Below are positions 30,585 through 40,454 of a stretch of DNA of 64,000 nt, in pieces. Source of the DNA: an uncultured Gemmatimonadales bacterium (lineage in GTDB: Bacteria > Gemmatimonadota > Gemmatimonadetes > Gemmatimonadales > GWC2-71-9). A model generated the notes under the pieces. The model saw only the letters and a program-made list of their open reading frames with translations, made no database searches and had not been told where the DNA came from. The DNA lies in contig CAWEMG010000020.1 in NCBI GenBank assembly GCA_963810165.1, positions 2,243-66,242 on the forward strand. The letters run 5' to 3'. Made by a program: the position numbers and the translations under genes. The stretch's first letter is position 1, and each line of letters starts with the position of its first letter.

Positions 30585-32201
30585 TCACGCTTCTCTACTG
30601 CTCACCTCTTCAGTTCTCGCCTCAAGCAGTCCCCTTACCGTCTCGATCGTATCCGCCTCTTCCGCCTTCTTGTCGGTCCGCCACCGCAGCATTCTCGGGA
30701 AACCGACCGCGATCCCCGACTTGTGGCGGCTGGAGCGCTGGATCCCCTCGAAGGCCAGCTCGAACACCAGGTCCGGCTTGACCGTGCGCACCGGTCCGAA
30801 CTTCTCCAGCGTGTTCCGCCGGACAAACGCATCCACCCTGCGGATCTCCTCATCGGTGAGCCCGGTGTACGCCTTGGCAAAGGGAACCAGGTGGCTTCCC
30901 TCCCAGATACCGAAGGTGTAGTCGGTGAAGAGCCCGGCCCGCTTGCCGCTTCCAGGCTGGGCATAGATCAGCACCGCGTCCACCGTGAGCGGGTCGACCT
31001 TCCACTTCCACCAGTCGCCCCGGCGGCGGCCCACCCCATAGGGCGATGCCAGGCGCTTGAGCATGAGGCCCTCGGCCCCCAGCTCGCGCGCGGTGATGCG
31101 CGCCGCCGCGGCCGCCTCCCAGTCGGGCGCGGGCACCGCGCGGGACAGGATCATGCGGCCGGCCGGGAGGTTGGCGAGCAGGGTGCCGAGTCGCCGACGA
31201 CGCTCCACCAGCGGAAGCGGGCGGATGTCCTCGCCCGCGTGCTCCAGCAGGTCGTAGGCGACGAGCACCACCGGCACGTCGTCGAGGATCTTCCGGCCCA
31301 CGCTCTTCCGCCCGATCCGACGCTGGAGCTGGGCAAAGGGCAGCGGTGCACCATCGAGCCAGGGAAGCACCTCGCCGTCGATGACGGTCCCATCGGGCAG
31401 CAGCGCTCCTGCTTCCTCGATCTCGGGAAAGCGCCCCGCCAGCAGCTCCTCGCCCCTGGACCAGAGAAAGGTGCGCCCGGTCCGGCGAATGAGCTGTGCC
31501 CGTATGCCGTCCCACTTCCATTCCACGATCCACTCGTCCGGGTTGCCCAGAGTGTCGGGGGCCGCCTCCAGCGGATGCGCCAGGAAGAACGGATAAGGCC
31601 GGCTGGTGTCGGCGTCGCGAGTATCGGGCGCGACCAGCCGCTCAAAGAACTCCGGGGTCGGGTCCCATGCACCCATGAGCCGGTGAGAGATGACTCCCTC
31701 CGGCACGCCGCTGATCTGCGCCAGGGCCCGGGTGACGAGCTGCTGTGACGCGCCAACCCGAAAGCTCCCGGTGATGAGCTTGTTCCAGACGAACCGCTCG
31801 CGGCTGTCGAGCTCGCGCCAGCTCTGGACCATCGCCTCCCGCTGCACGTCCTCATCCTCGTCCCGGAGGGGGAGCAGGCGCTGCTCCACCCAGTGGGCCA
31901 GTGCCAGCTCGCTCGTCTCACCATGATCGGGAAGCACCAGTGTGATGGTCTCGGCCAGGTCACCCACCGCCTGGTAACTCTCTTCGAACAGCCAGTCGGG
32001 GACGCCGGATTCCTCCGCCGCCCACCGCCGCAGCTTGCCGGTGGAGACCAACCGCTTAGGCCTGCGGCCGCTGAGGAAGTGGACCGCCCATGCCGCATCG
32101 GCCGGCGGGGCCGAGGGGAAGTAGGCCACCAGGGCGGCGACCTTCTCGTTGGTGGAGGTGGTCTCGTCCAGGGCGGAATAGAGCCGCGCGAAGCTCTTCA
32201 C
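30585..32201 (-). CDS. ATP-dependent DNA ligase (ligase-associated DNA damage response type)
   Basis: ORF 30585..32381 with an in-frame GTG at 32201 (VKSFARLYSALDETTSTNEKV). Adenylation motif I is EWKWDGIRAQL. About 539 aa. Confidence 0.85.
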   Translation of the reverse strand: MKSFARLYSALDETTSTNEKVAALVAYFPSAPPADAAWAVHFLSGRRPKRLVSTGKLRRWAAEESGVPDWLFEESYQAVGDLAETITLVLPDHGETSELALAHWVEQRLLPLRDEDEDVQREAMVQSWRELDSRERFVWNKLITGSFRVGASQQLVTRALAQISGVPEGVISHRLMGAWDPTPEFFERLVAPDTRDADTSRPYPFFLAHPLEAAPDTLGNPDEWIVEWKWDGIRAQLIRRTGRTFLWSRGEELLAGRFPEIEEAGALLPDGTVIDGEVLPWLDGAPLPFAQLQRRIGRKSVGRKILDDVPVVLVAYDLLEHAGEDIRPLPLVERRRRLGTLLANLPAGRMILSRAVPAPDWEAAAAARITARELGAEGLMLKRLASPYGVGRRRGDWWKWKVDPLTVDAVLIYAQPGSGKRAGLFTDYTFGIWEGSHLVPFAKAYTGLTDEEIRRVDAFVRRNTLEKFGPVRTVKPDLVFELAFEGIQRSSRHKSGIAVGFPRMLRWRTDKKAEEADTIETVRGLLEARTEEVSSREA

Positions 32202-33260
32202 AGCTGAGGCAGCGGGGCTGCGGGCGCAGCGGGGCAGGTGCTGCCGCATCCTCCTCCGTACTTGCGACCAGCTCCTCACGTTCGCCCTCAAACCGGGTCT
32301 GCACCGAACGTGCATCGAGGCCGCGCTCCTGGAGCCAGCGCACCACGGGACCGGTATAGCCGTGGGTGACCCATACCTCACCCGCGCCGGTCGCCTCGAT
32401 GGCAGCCAGCAGGCTGGGCCAGTCCACGTGGTCGGAGAGCGTGAATCCCCGGTCGAGTGCGCGCTGCCGCCGAGCGCCGCGGACCATCATCCAGCCAGAG
32501 GCAAAGCCGGTGGCATGGTCGCCGAAGCGCCGAGACCAGAGCGAGGCATCGGCACCCGGCGGAGCGATGACTATGGCGCCGGTGGCGTCGGCCCGGCTCT
32601 GCCCCGCGCCGGCGTAGCGGGTCGCGGGCAGCGCGATCCCCCCCTCGCGGTAGACGGAGGTCATGCGCTCCACGGCTCCATGAGTCAGGATCGGTCCGAT
32701 GCTCGGGTCCAACCCGGCCAGCAGCCGCTGCGCCTTTCCCAGCGCGTAGCCCAGCAGCAGGCAGGTCTTGCCCCGGGCGGCGTTGGCGCGCCACCAGGCA
32801 TTGATCTCCTCGAACACCTGCGCCTGGTTGGGCCAGCGGTAAATCGGCAGCCCGAACGTCGACTCGGTGACGAAGGTGTGGCAGCGAACCGGCTCGAAGG
32901 GGGTGCAGGTAGGATCGGGATCGGTCTTGTAGTCGCCCGAGACCACCCAGACCTCCCCGGCGTACTCGATCCGGACCTGGGCGGAGCCGAGGATATGCCC
33001 TGCCGGGTGGAGCGAGATCGTGGTGCCGTTGAGGCTGATCCGCTGACCATACTCGAGCCCACGGATCGATGATCCCGATTCCAGCCGGGCCCGCAACACT
33101 CCCACTCCCTGGGCCGAGGTCAGGTACGCGCGCGAGCCCCACGCGGCATGGTCGCCGTGGGCGTGGGTGATCACGGCCCGGTCCACCGGCTCCCAGGGAT
33201 CTACGAAGAAGTCACCGGGCTCGCAGTAGAGGCCGCGGGGGGTGAGGGGAGAAGGGACAT
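32198..33260 (-). CDS. ligase-associated DNA damage response exonuclease (MBL/beta-CASP fold), frame breaks at both ends
   Basis: ORF 32056..33387 has GLYCEPGDFFVDPW, VITHAHGDHA, VTESTFG and LSDHVDW. ATG 33260 (MSLLP) comes into frame by a 1-nt change in the run 33246-33249. A GTGA stop/start overlap with the ligase at 32198-32201 gives ~354 aa. Confidence 0.75.
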
Positions 33261-33273
33261 GGTGGAAAACTAA

Positions 33274-33478
33274 GGCGGGAGCAAAGGCGGGCAGCGGGGC
33301 AGGAACGGATGTCACCCTGAGCGGGAGCGTAGCGAAGCGTAAGCGGTGAGCCAGGAACTCTGAAAGGTCCGCGCACGTCATCGACATCTCGCGAACTCGT
33401 TGCCGCTTCGGCCCCTCTCGCTTCGCTCAGGGTGACACTGTCCTTGTCCCGCCCAGCCTGCCCCGCTCGCCCCGCTGC
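33274..33478. repeat. composite hairpin element, same core as 19717-19933 in opposite orientation
   Basis: GC-rich repeat arms are 33274-33306 and 33441-33478. The core 33311-33436 is bounded by GTCACCCTGAGCG and CGCTCAGGGTGAC. Its reverse complement aligns with 19766-19880 through shared blocks TTCGCGA, TCGATGA, GTGCG, GACC, TTCAG and TCGCTACGCTC. Confidence 0.85.
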
Positions 33479-33488
33479 CTTCTCGACC

Positions 33489-33974
33489 TCACGGCCTATG
33501 TTGGTACGTCCCCATCAGCTCTCCCTGTCCCAGGATGTGCTGGTTCATGGCCTGTTCCAGCTCGCTGCGAGTTGCGCCGGGAGCCAGGCCCAGCAAGATG
33601 TCGAGCGCGTACAGCCGGAAGAAGTAGCGGTGGGGCTTTCCCGGGGGAGGGCAGGGGCCGGCGTACGCCATGTCGCCCGCCGTATTGCGCCCGTGGCGTG
33701 CGCCCAGGGGAGTCTCGGCCAGGGTCGGCACCGCCTGGGTCAGCTCCACCGCGGTGGCCGGGATGTTGTACAGCACCCAGTGCACCCAGGTGCCCCGGGG
33801 CGCGTCGGGGTCGTCCAGGATCAGGGCGAAGCTTCGAGTCTCCAGCGGCGCACCCTGCCACTGAAGCGGCGGCGAGACGTCGTCCCCTTCGCAGGTGAAT
33901 CGGACCGGGATCTTGTCGCCATAGGCGAACGCAGCCGAGGTGAGCTGGATCTGGGCGCCGCTCTCGGTCGCCAT
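33489..33974 (-). CDS. YbhB/YbcL family (PEBP, Raf kinase inhibitor-like) protein
   Basis: Internal ATG 33974 of ORF 33489..34088. Motifs: FALILDDPDAP, GTWVHWVLYNIP, PPPGKPHRYFFRLYALD. Confidence 0.85.
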   Translation of the reverse strand: MATESGAQIQLTSAAFAYGDKIPVRFTCEGDDVSPPLQWQGAPLETRSFALILDDPDAPRGTWVHWVLYNIPATAVELTQAVPTLAETPLGARHGRNTAGDMAYAGPCPPPGKPHRYFFRLYALDILLGLAPGATRSELEQAMNQHILGQGELMGTYQHRP

Positions 33975-34348
33975 CAGCGTTTTCCGGCTTCGATCCAGAG
34001 CCGGATCGCCATCAGCACGATGAACACGGCGAACATGCGCTGGAGGATAGCGGCAGGGATGGCGTGAGCCAGTTTGGCGCCCACCCACGCACCGAAGAAC
34101 AGCCCCACGGCGATCAGGATCGCACCCTTGGGGTTGAGGTTCCCCGCCTGGTAGTAGGCGTAGGCGCCGAGCAGGCCGACCGGGAGCAGCATCGCGCCGA
34201 GGGAGGTCCCGATCGCCAGCTTGGTATGGAAGTCGGCAAAGAAGATGAGGGCGGGAATGATCAGGATTCCCCCGCCGATTCCGAACAGGCCCGACAGGAC
34301 TCCCGCCGCCAGACCGATGGCGAGGAACAGGGGCTCCATAGGCGGCAC
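33974..34348 (-). CDS. TauE/SafE (TSUP) family membrane protein, half-size
   Basis: 124 aa with about four hydrophobic segments and LSGLFGIGGGILIIPAL. Has an ATGA overlap with the PEBP gene. Confidence 0.6.
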   Translation of the reverse strand: MPPMEPLFLAIGLAAGVLSGLFGIGGGILIIPALIFFADFHTKLAIGTSLGAMLLPVGLLGAYAYYQAGNLNPKGAILIAVGLFFGAWVGAKLAHAIPAAILQRMFAVFIVLMAIRLWIEAGKR

Positions 34349-34364
34349 GCTCCGGGTGGTTAAT

Positions 34365-34517
34365 GGCTGGGGGCTGTGGGCTATTGGCTATTGGCTACGA
34401 GCAGCTGGTAGTTATCAGCTGGTTAGACCCAATGGCAACCGCGTTCGGTAAGCTAAGGCACCGACGACCCAAGCAGCGAGAAGCCAACAGCCAGCTAGCC
34501 ACTCCCAACTCCCAGCC
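34365..34517. repeat. heptamer-armed hairpin in a divergent promoter region
   Basis: GGCTGGG GGCTGTG GGCTATT GGCTATT GGCTACG at 34365-34399. The complementary AGCCAAC AGCCAGCT AGCCACT CCCAACT CCCAGCC is at 34482-34517. Confidence 0.75.
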
Positions 34518-34568
34518 ATAACGCTTGTCCCGTTCCGCGATCCATATACCTTATTCATCCTGCATTTC

Positions 34569-35033
34569 TTGCGGCCAACCTGTTGCGGTGCTCTGGAGAT
34601 GAAGATGGTCGAGCGGAGACAGGTGAAGCGGATGACACCGATCATTCTTGCGGCGGTGGCGGTGCTGGTCGCCCTGGATGCGGTGGGTGAGCTGGCCGGC
34701 GAGCCCATGGGTTTCCCCTACCCGCCACTCGGCGTGGTATCGGTGTTGATCTATTTCAGCGTGGGCGCGGTGTGCGCCTGGCGGACCAGCTTGGCGGGCG
34801 GATTCATGGCAGCCACGGCCGTGGGTCTGCTGGCCGGCACGGTGGGGCCGCTGGCCGCGTGGCTGATCGGGTCCGGGCCCGTTGCCCAGGAAGTGACCGA
34901 GCCCAGGATCTTTGCCTACCGCGTCGCCGTCGTCACCGCGACCGCGGCTGGGGCGGGCCTCCTCGGTGCCGCGGCGGGAAGCTGGCTGGAGCGGCGTCGC
35001 GGGCTTGCCGCTGGGGTGCGCCGTGAATCGTAA
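34569..35033 (+). CDS. hypothetical membrane protein
   Basis: Four hydrophobic segments (IILAAVAVLVAL, VVSVLIYFSVGAV, FMAATAVGLLAGTV, VAVVTATAAGAGLLGAA). I recognise no family and the start is uncertain. Confidence 0.35.
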   Translation: MRPTCCGALEMKMVERRQVKRMTPIILAAVAVLVALDAVGELAGEPMGFPYPPLGVVSVLIYFSVGAVCAWRTSLAGGFMAATAVGLLAGTVGPLAAWLIGSGPVAQEVTEPRIFAYRVAVVTATAAGAGLLGAAAGSWLERRRGLAAGVRRES

Positions 35034-37941
35034 GCGCCTCAGCTTGGATGGGCAGTGGGAGTTCTATCCCGATCCGCAACAGCAGCTCAGCCCCACGACT
35101 CTGCAACCGCACGACGCCCGCAGCATCCAGGTCCCGGGTCCCTGGCAGGCTCAGTTCGACGATCTGCGCGACTACAGCGGGGTGGCGTGGTATCGGCGGG
35201 GGTTTCGAGATGGCGGAACAGGCGGAAGAGGCGGAAAAGGCGTAGGACTCGAGGTGCCACGTTCCGCTCCTTCCGCTCCGTCCGCTCTTCCGCCCGTCCA
35301 CCTCCTCCACTTCGGCGCCGTGGACTACTCCACCACCGTCTGGCTCAACGGCCAGCAGGTGGGCGAGCACGAGGGTGGCTACCTCCCGTTCGAGATCGAC
35401 GTCACCGCGAACCTGCGCCCGGGACTCAATGAGCTGGTCGTGCGCGTCATCGATCCCGGCAACGACGCCGACTTTCTCCCGAATTCACCTTCGCCGAGAT
35501 CCCCCACGGGAAGCAAAGCTGGTACGGGCCGATCGGCGGCATCTGGCAGAGCGTGTACCTGGAGCAGCGTTCGCCGGTCCACCTGACGCGTTTGAGGGTG
35601 ACCCCTGACGTGTCCGGCGAGCAGGCGCAGGTCCGGGTTTCGCTCAACCGGACCAGCGAGCGGCCGCTGGCGCTGTGGCTCAACGTGACCGATCCGCGGG
35701 GGCAGGTGCGCCGGCACCGGTTGCTTCTGTCCGGCAGGCACCGAGAGCCAGGACGTGGCGATTCCGATCCCGGAACCGCTGCTCTGGGATACGACCACCC
35801 CCCATCTCTACCAGCTTCAGGGCGTGCTGCTGGACGGCAGCGATGACCGGGCCGAGCCGCTCGACACTCTGGCGACGCAGTTCGGCATGCGCACCATCGC
35901 CACCTCGCCCACCGGCCACCTGCTGCTCAACGGCCAGCGTGCTGTACCTCCGCGGAGCGCTGGACCAGGACTACTATCCCGACCTCATCTACACGCCGTT
36001 CAGCGACGCAGGAGCTCGATGCCCAGTTTGCCAAGGCGAAGCACATGGGCCTCAATCTCCTCCGCACCCATATCAAGATCACCGACCCGCGCTACTACGA
36101 CGCCGCCGACCGGGCCGGGATCCTGATCTGGACCGAGCTACCGAACTGGCAGGACCTGACCGACGCCGCCAAGCGCCGCGCGCAGGAGACCCTCTTTGGG
36201 ATGGTGGAGCGGGACTGGAATCACCCCTCGATCATCATCTGGACCATCGTCAACGAGAACTGGGGAGTGGATCTGGCGGTCAACGCCGGGCACCGCGCCT
36301 GGCTGGCCGACATGTACAACCAGCTCAAGGCGCTGGACCCGCACCGGCTGGTGGTGGGAAACTCCCCCTGCTTCACCAACTTCCACGTGGTCACCGACAT
36401 CGAGGACTTTCACAATTACTACGCGATGCCGGACCACTACCGGAAGTGGAGGGACTGGGTGCAGACCTTCGCCAGCCGACCGCCGTGGACCTTCGCCCAC
36501 GTGTACGAGAACATCGAATCGTGGCGGGAATACATCCGCGATCCGTGGAACCCAGTGGCCCGACAGCCGGCGCCCGAGGTGCGCCGCCGCGGCAGCGAGC
36601 CGATGGTGGTTTCGGAGTTCGGCAACTGGGGCCTGCCCGACGTGGACAAGCTCAGGGCCCACTATGGCCGGGAGCCATGGTGGTTCGAGACCGGCATCGA
36701 GTGGGGCGATGGCGTGGTCTACCCTCACGGCATCGAGCAGCGCTTCAAGGCTTTCCATCTCGACAAGGTGTTTCCCACCTTGTCGGACCTGGCCGCCGCC
36801 AGCCAGCGCATGCAGTTCACCGCGCTCAAGTACCAGATCGAGCAGATGCGGCGCCACCCCAGCATCGTCGGGTACGTGATCACCGAGTTCACCGACGTGC
36901 ACTGGGAGAGCAACGGACTGCTCGACCTGTGCCGCAACCCGAAGGCGTACTTCGACGTGATCGGCCAGGTAAACAGTCCCGATGCGATCGTGCCGACCGA
37001 CTGGGAGCGGATCGCCTTCTGGGAAGGGGAGCGCTGTGAGGTCAAGCTGGCGCTGTCGCACTTCTCGTCGGCCGACCTGCGGAACTCCCGCCTGGAGTGG
37101 AACCTCGATGTCTGGCCCGAGATGCGAGGGAGCTTCGAGGGAATCACACCGCAACGGGCTCAGCTCACCAATGTCGGAACGGTGGTGTTCGACGTGCCGC
37201 GGCTGGAGCAGGCCACGCGCGCCCGACTGGAGATGCGACTGACCAGCGCCGCGCGGTGAGCTGGTGACCCGGAACCATCACGAGCTGTACTTCTTTCCGC
37301 GAGCGGAGTCTCGCGAGCGGCACGTGAAGCTGGCGGTCCCCGGACTGCCAAGGCTCGCCGCCCGCCTGGCCGGGATGGGGTACGAGCTCACCGACCAGGA
37401 GTCGGCGGACCTGGTCGTGGTCGAGCGGATGACCGACGAGCTCCGTTGGTACGTGCAGAACGGCGGACGGGTGCTCTGGCTGGCCGAGGAAACGAATTCG
37501 GAGCAGACCCACCTGGGCAACATCAGCATCGCGCAGCGGCAGGGCCGGAGCTGGCAGGGCGACTGGGCCAGCAGCATGAGCTGGATCCGCCAGGACAAGA
37601 TCTTCCAGCGGATTCCGACCGGCGGCACCGTGGACTTCGCCTTCGCCGACCTGACGCCGGAGACGGTGATCGTCGGCCTTACTCCGCGCGACTTCGCGGC
37701 AAACGTGCACTCGGGCTTGTTCGTGGGTTGGGTGCACCACCTGGTGGCGCTGGTGGCGGAGCGGCCGATTGATCGGGGACGGGTGATGATCTGCACCTAC
37801 CGGCTGCGCGAGCATCTGGGCAGTCATCCCGTGGCCACGCTGATGATGCGTGACATGATCGAGCGGATCGCCAAGCGTCCTGAAGCGGAGGAGCCGGCCG
37901 GAGGCGGGGGCGTCAGCGTCAGCACCGCCGAGGGATCCTAG
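35023..37941 (+). CDS. glycoside hydrolase family 2 protein, about six frame breaks
   Basis: GTG 35023. Collinear pieces in ORFs 34912, 35553, 35755, 35675, 36045..37259 and 37264..37941. Motifs: [56 protein letters not shown] (acid/base) and [10 protein letters not shown] (nucleophile). The TGA at 37257-37259 is bypassed by ...[18 protein letters not shown] in the next frame. Confidence 0.75.
35212..35295. repeat. heptamer-armed hairpin inside the GH2 coding sequence
   Basis: GGCGGAAC AGGCGGAAG AGGCGGAAAAGGCG at 35212-35242. After an 18-nt spacer comes GTTCCGCTCC TTCCGCTCCG TCCGCTC TTCCGCCC at 35261-35295. Confidence 0.75.
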
Positions 37942-37944
37942 GCT

Positions 37945-39174
37945 CTACGCCGGACCGCCCCCAAGGCGGTGCTGCACCTCGCGCAGCTCGTCGGCATAGT
38001 CCTCACAGAGCACCCGCTCCAACCCTCCTGCCGCGTCGCGCCTGAGGTCCCACAGCCCGCTGTTGTGCCAGTGGTCGGGGTTTTCCCAATCCGGGCGGTC
38101 GATGATAGGGTAGAGGCAGAGACCCTCTACTTGCACTCCCGTCTGCCGAGCATGCGCCACCTCTTCTGCCACCTCCCGCAGCCATCGGGCCCGGCCTGAG
38201 CCGAAGTGGCTGGTCTCGCTCACCACGACCGGCCGCCAGTAGCGGAAATACATTTCGGCGAGCAAGGCGCTGAACGACATCCAGCGGGGGTCGCGGGGCG
38301 TGTCCTCCCAGCGGAGCCGCTGGTCAGGGTACTCCCATTGATTGGCGTGGTAGTAGTTCACGCCGATGACGTCGAGGTAGCGGGGATGTCCTCCCAGGTG
38401 GGGCTCCATGGCGCCGGCAAGCATATCCCAGGCCTCGAACTGTGCTGCCCGCTGGTCGGCAGCGGCCCGCGCCAGCTCCGGTCTACCTCTCGGCGTCACC
38501 ACGTGGATGATGGGATCGGTCAGCAGGATGCGCGCCCGGCGGTCCACCTCCCAGATGGCTTCGATGCCGTGGATGGATGCCCTCACCAGCTGGTGCTTCA
38601 TCTGGGTGGCAGCGTCGTCGCGATGGGGATAGAAGTACGCCTTCTCTCCGGCGGCCCATGCCAGAAATGAGACCTCGTTGATGGGCGTGTAGCTGTGAAG
38701 CTTGTCGCTGTGGTCGCTGATGGCCCGCGCCACGGCGCCGCAGTAGCGAGCAAACCGGTCGACAAACGCGGGCGAGAGCACATCCAGACCGTCGGGCCAG
38801 CCGTAGTGGCACAGGTTCCACACGATCTGAATTCCATGCCGCTGCGCCGCTCTTACCCGGTGCAGCAGGGTCGAGAAGTCGAAGTCGCCGCCCGACTCGA
38901 TCAGATGCCAGTGGAGCCCCTCGCGCACGGTGCGGATGCCCCACTGAGCCAGCCGGGCATAGTCCTCGTCCACGAACCGGTCATGCTGAGTTGCCGCGAT
39001 CAGGTCCAGCCTGGTGCCAGCCCGGTTTATGTGGCTTGCAGATTCAAATCCCGCCATCCAGAAGGAGCGGAATAGATGCGAGCGGGCGAGCGGTCGGCCC
39101 AGAGGGGGAGTGTGCCGTGGTGCCTGGGAAAACGGCCAGGCCGTATGTGAAGGTGAATCGAACGGGAGCGGCAT
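37945..39174 (-). CDS. GH1-like (clan GH-A) glycosidase family protein, divergent
   Basis: 409-aa intact ORF. YTPINEVSFLAW and VVVSETSHFG sit at the positions of the GH1 acid/base and nucleophile motifs. Paralogous to the next gene. Confidence 0.5.
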   Translation of the reverse strand: MPLPFDSPSHTAWPFSQAPRHTPPLGRPLARSHLFRSFWMAGFESASHINRAGTRLDLIAATQHDRFVDEDYARLAQWGIRTVREGLHWHLIESGGDFDFSTLLHRVRAAQRHGIQIVWNLCHYGWPDGLDVLSPAFVDRFARYCGAVARAISDHSDKLHSYTPINEVSFLAWAAGEKAYFYPHRDDAATQMKHQLVRASIHGIEAIWEVDRRARILLTDPIIHVVTPRGRPELARAAADQRAAQFEAWDMLAGAMEPHLGGHPRYLDVIGVNYYHANQWEYPDQRLRWEDTPRDPRWMSFSALLAEMYFRYWRPVVVSETSHFGSGRARWLREVAEEVAHARQTGVQVEGLCLYPIIDRPDWENPDHWHNSGLWDLRRDAAGGLERVLCEDYADELREVQHRLGGGPA

Positions 39175-39176
39175 AG

Positions 39177-40454
39177 TCAGGCCGACAGACTCTGCTCGAG
39201 GCCAAGATTGCCGATCGAATTTTCGGAATCGGCAACGTAGCTGCGGAACTGCTGCACCAGCGGCGTCGGTCTCCAGCGCTCCCCTGATCCATCCAGGTTA
39301 TAGAGGCCCAGCTCCAGGTGATACTCCTGCAGGGGCCCCCGTCCAAATCGGTATTTCCAGTCGATCATGGTGAAGAGCGGGAACCAGGTGTAACCCAGCA
39401 CCGGGATTCCTCGGCCCCTCAGGACGCGGATGGCCGCCACCGACGCCTCCAGCCAGCGGGCCCGTACCGTCTCGTCTCCCCGGGCGCTGGTCTCGGTGAC
39501 CATGATGGGCAGCCCGTATCGGCGGTAGTAATCGTCGATCAAGGTGCTGAAGCCGGCGCCGTCCTGCTCGACCGGCTGGTAGGCCAGGCGGCCCTTGCGG
39601 TCGATATAGAGCTGGGTGGTGGACCACTGGGGATAAAAGTTGAGTCCCATCAGACTGAACGGCACCGGCTGCGCCGCGATCTCTGCCAATCGGTCGGGAG
39701 ACGCGCCGTTGCGTACCAGCCAGGGGAAGAGTGGATGACCCGGGGTGACCCGGCCGGTGAGAAGATCGAAGGGAAGAAAGGTGCGCGACTGCTCCTCCTG
39801 GGCCACGGCATGGAGATCTTCCCGGGCGGTGCGGCTGAGCCCGGTGGCTTCCACATGCACCAGGACCATCTCCGGGTTCACCGCTCGGAGCGCGACACAG
39901 GTCTGAATGATCCCTTCGATCGCCTGGAGCAGGATCTGCACATATCCCGTCTCGCTCTTGAGATAGGGAGGCCACAGGCCCCGCTGGCCGCAGTACAGCG
40001 CGGTGACGATCGGCTCGTTCAGCGGGGTGTACCAGTTGACCAGCCCGGCATAGCGTTCCGCGAACGCCCCGGCGTAGGCCGCCACCGCGGCGGGATATTC
40101 AGCGCTGGCAAATTCACGGCGCAGCCAGAAGGGGCAGCCGTAATGCATCAGGTCGATAATGGGGGTGACTCCCAGCTCCTCGACCATGTAGGGAATAACC
40201 TGATCGGTCCAGCGCCAGTCGAACTCGCCGGGCTGAAACGGCTCCAGGCGATACCACGGCACCCCCCAGCGCACCAGCTTCAGGCCCAGGTCCCGCACCA
40301 GGGCGAGGTCCTCGCGCCAGTGCTCGTAGTGGCCCATCAGCTGGTACTCGTCCAGCGCGCGGTGGCCGGGGCGGGTCTGGGGGACGAAGGTGTCCTCGAT
40401 ACCAGTGGCCCAGAGGAAATCTTCGGGCCGACGGCGCAGAAGGGCGTGGGTCAT
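39177..40454 (-). CDS. glycoside hydrolase family 1 (beta-glucosidase-like) protein
   Basis: Internal ATG 40454 of ORF 39177..40541. Motifs: FLWATGIEDTF, WYTPLNEPIVTA (NEP), IMVTETSARGD, GYTWFPLF. Confidence 0.7.
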   Translation of the reverse strand: MTHALLRRRPEDFLWATGIEDTFVPQTRPGHRALDEYQLMGHYEHWREDLALVRDLGLKLVRWGVPWYRLEPFQPGEFDWRWTDQVIPYMVEELGVTPIIDLMHYGCPFWLRREFASAEYPAAVAAYAGAFAERYAGLVNWYTPLNEPIVTALYCGQRGLWPPYLKSETGYVQILLQAIEGIIQTCVALRAVNPEMVLVHVEATGLSRTAREDLHAVAQEEQSRTFLPFDLLTGRVTPGHPLFPWLVRNGASPDRLAEIAAQPVPFSLMGLNFYPQWSTTQLYIDRKGRLAYQPVEQDGAGFSTLIDDYYRRYGLPIMVTETSARGDETVRARWLEASVAAIRVLRGRGIPVLGYTWFPLFTMIDWKYRFGRGPLQEYHLELGLYNLDGSGERWRPTPLVQQFRSYVADSENSIGNLGLEQSLSA

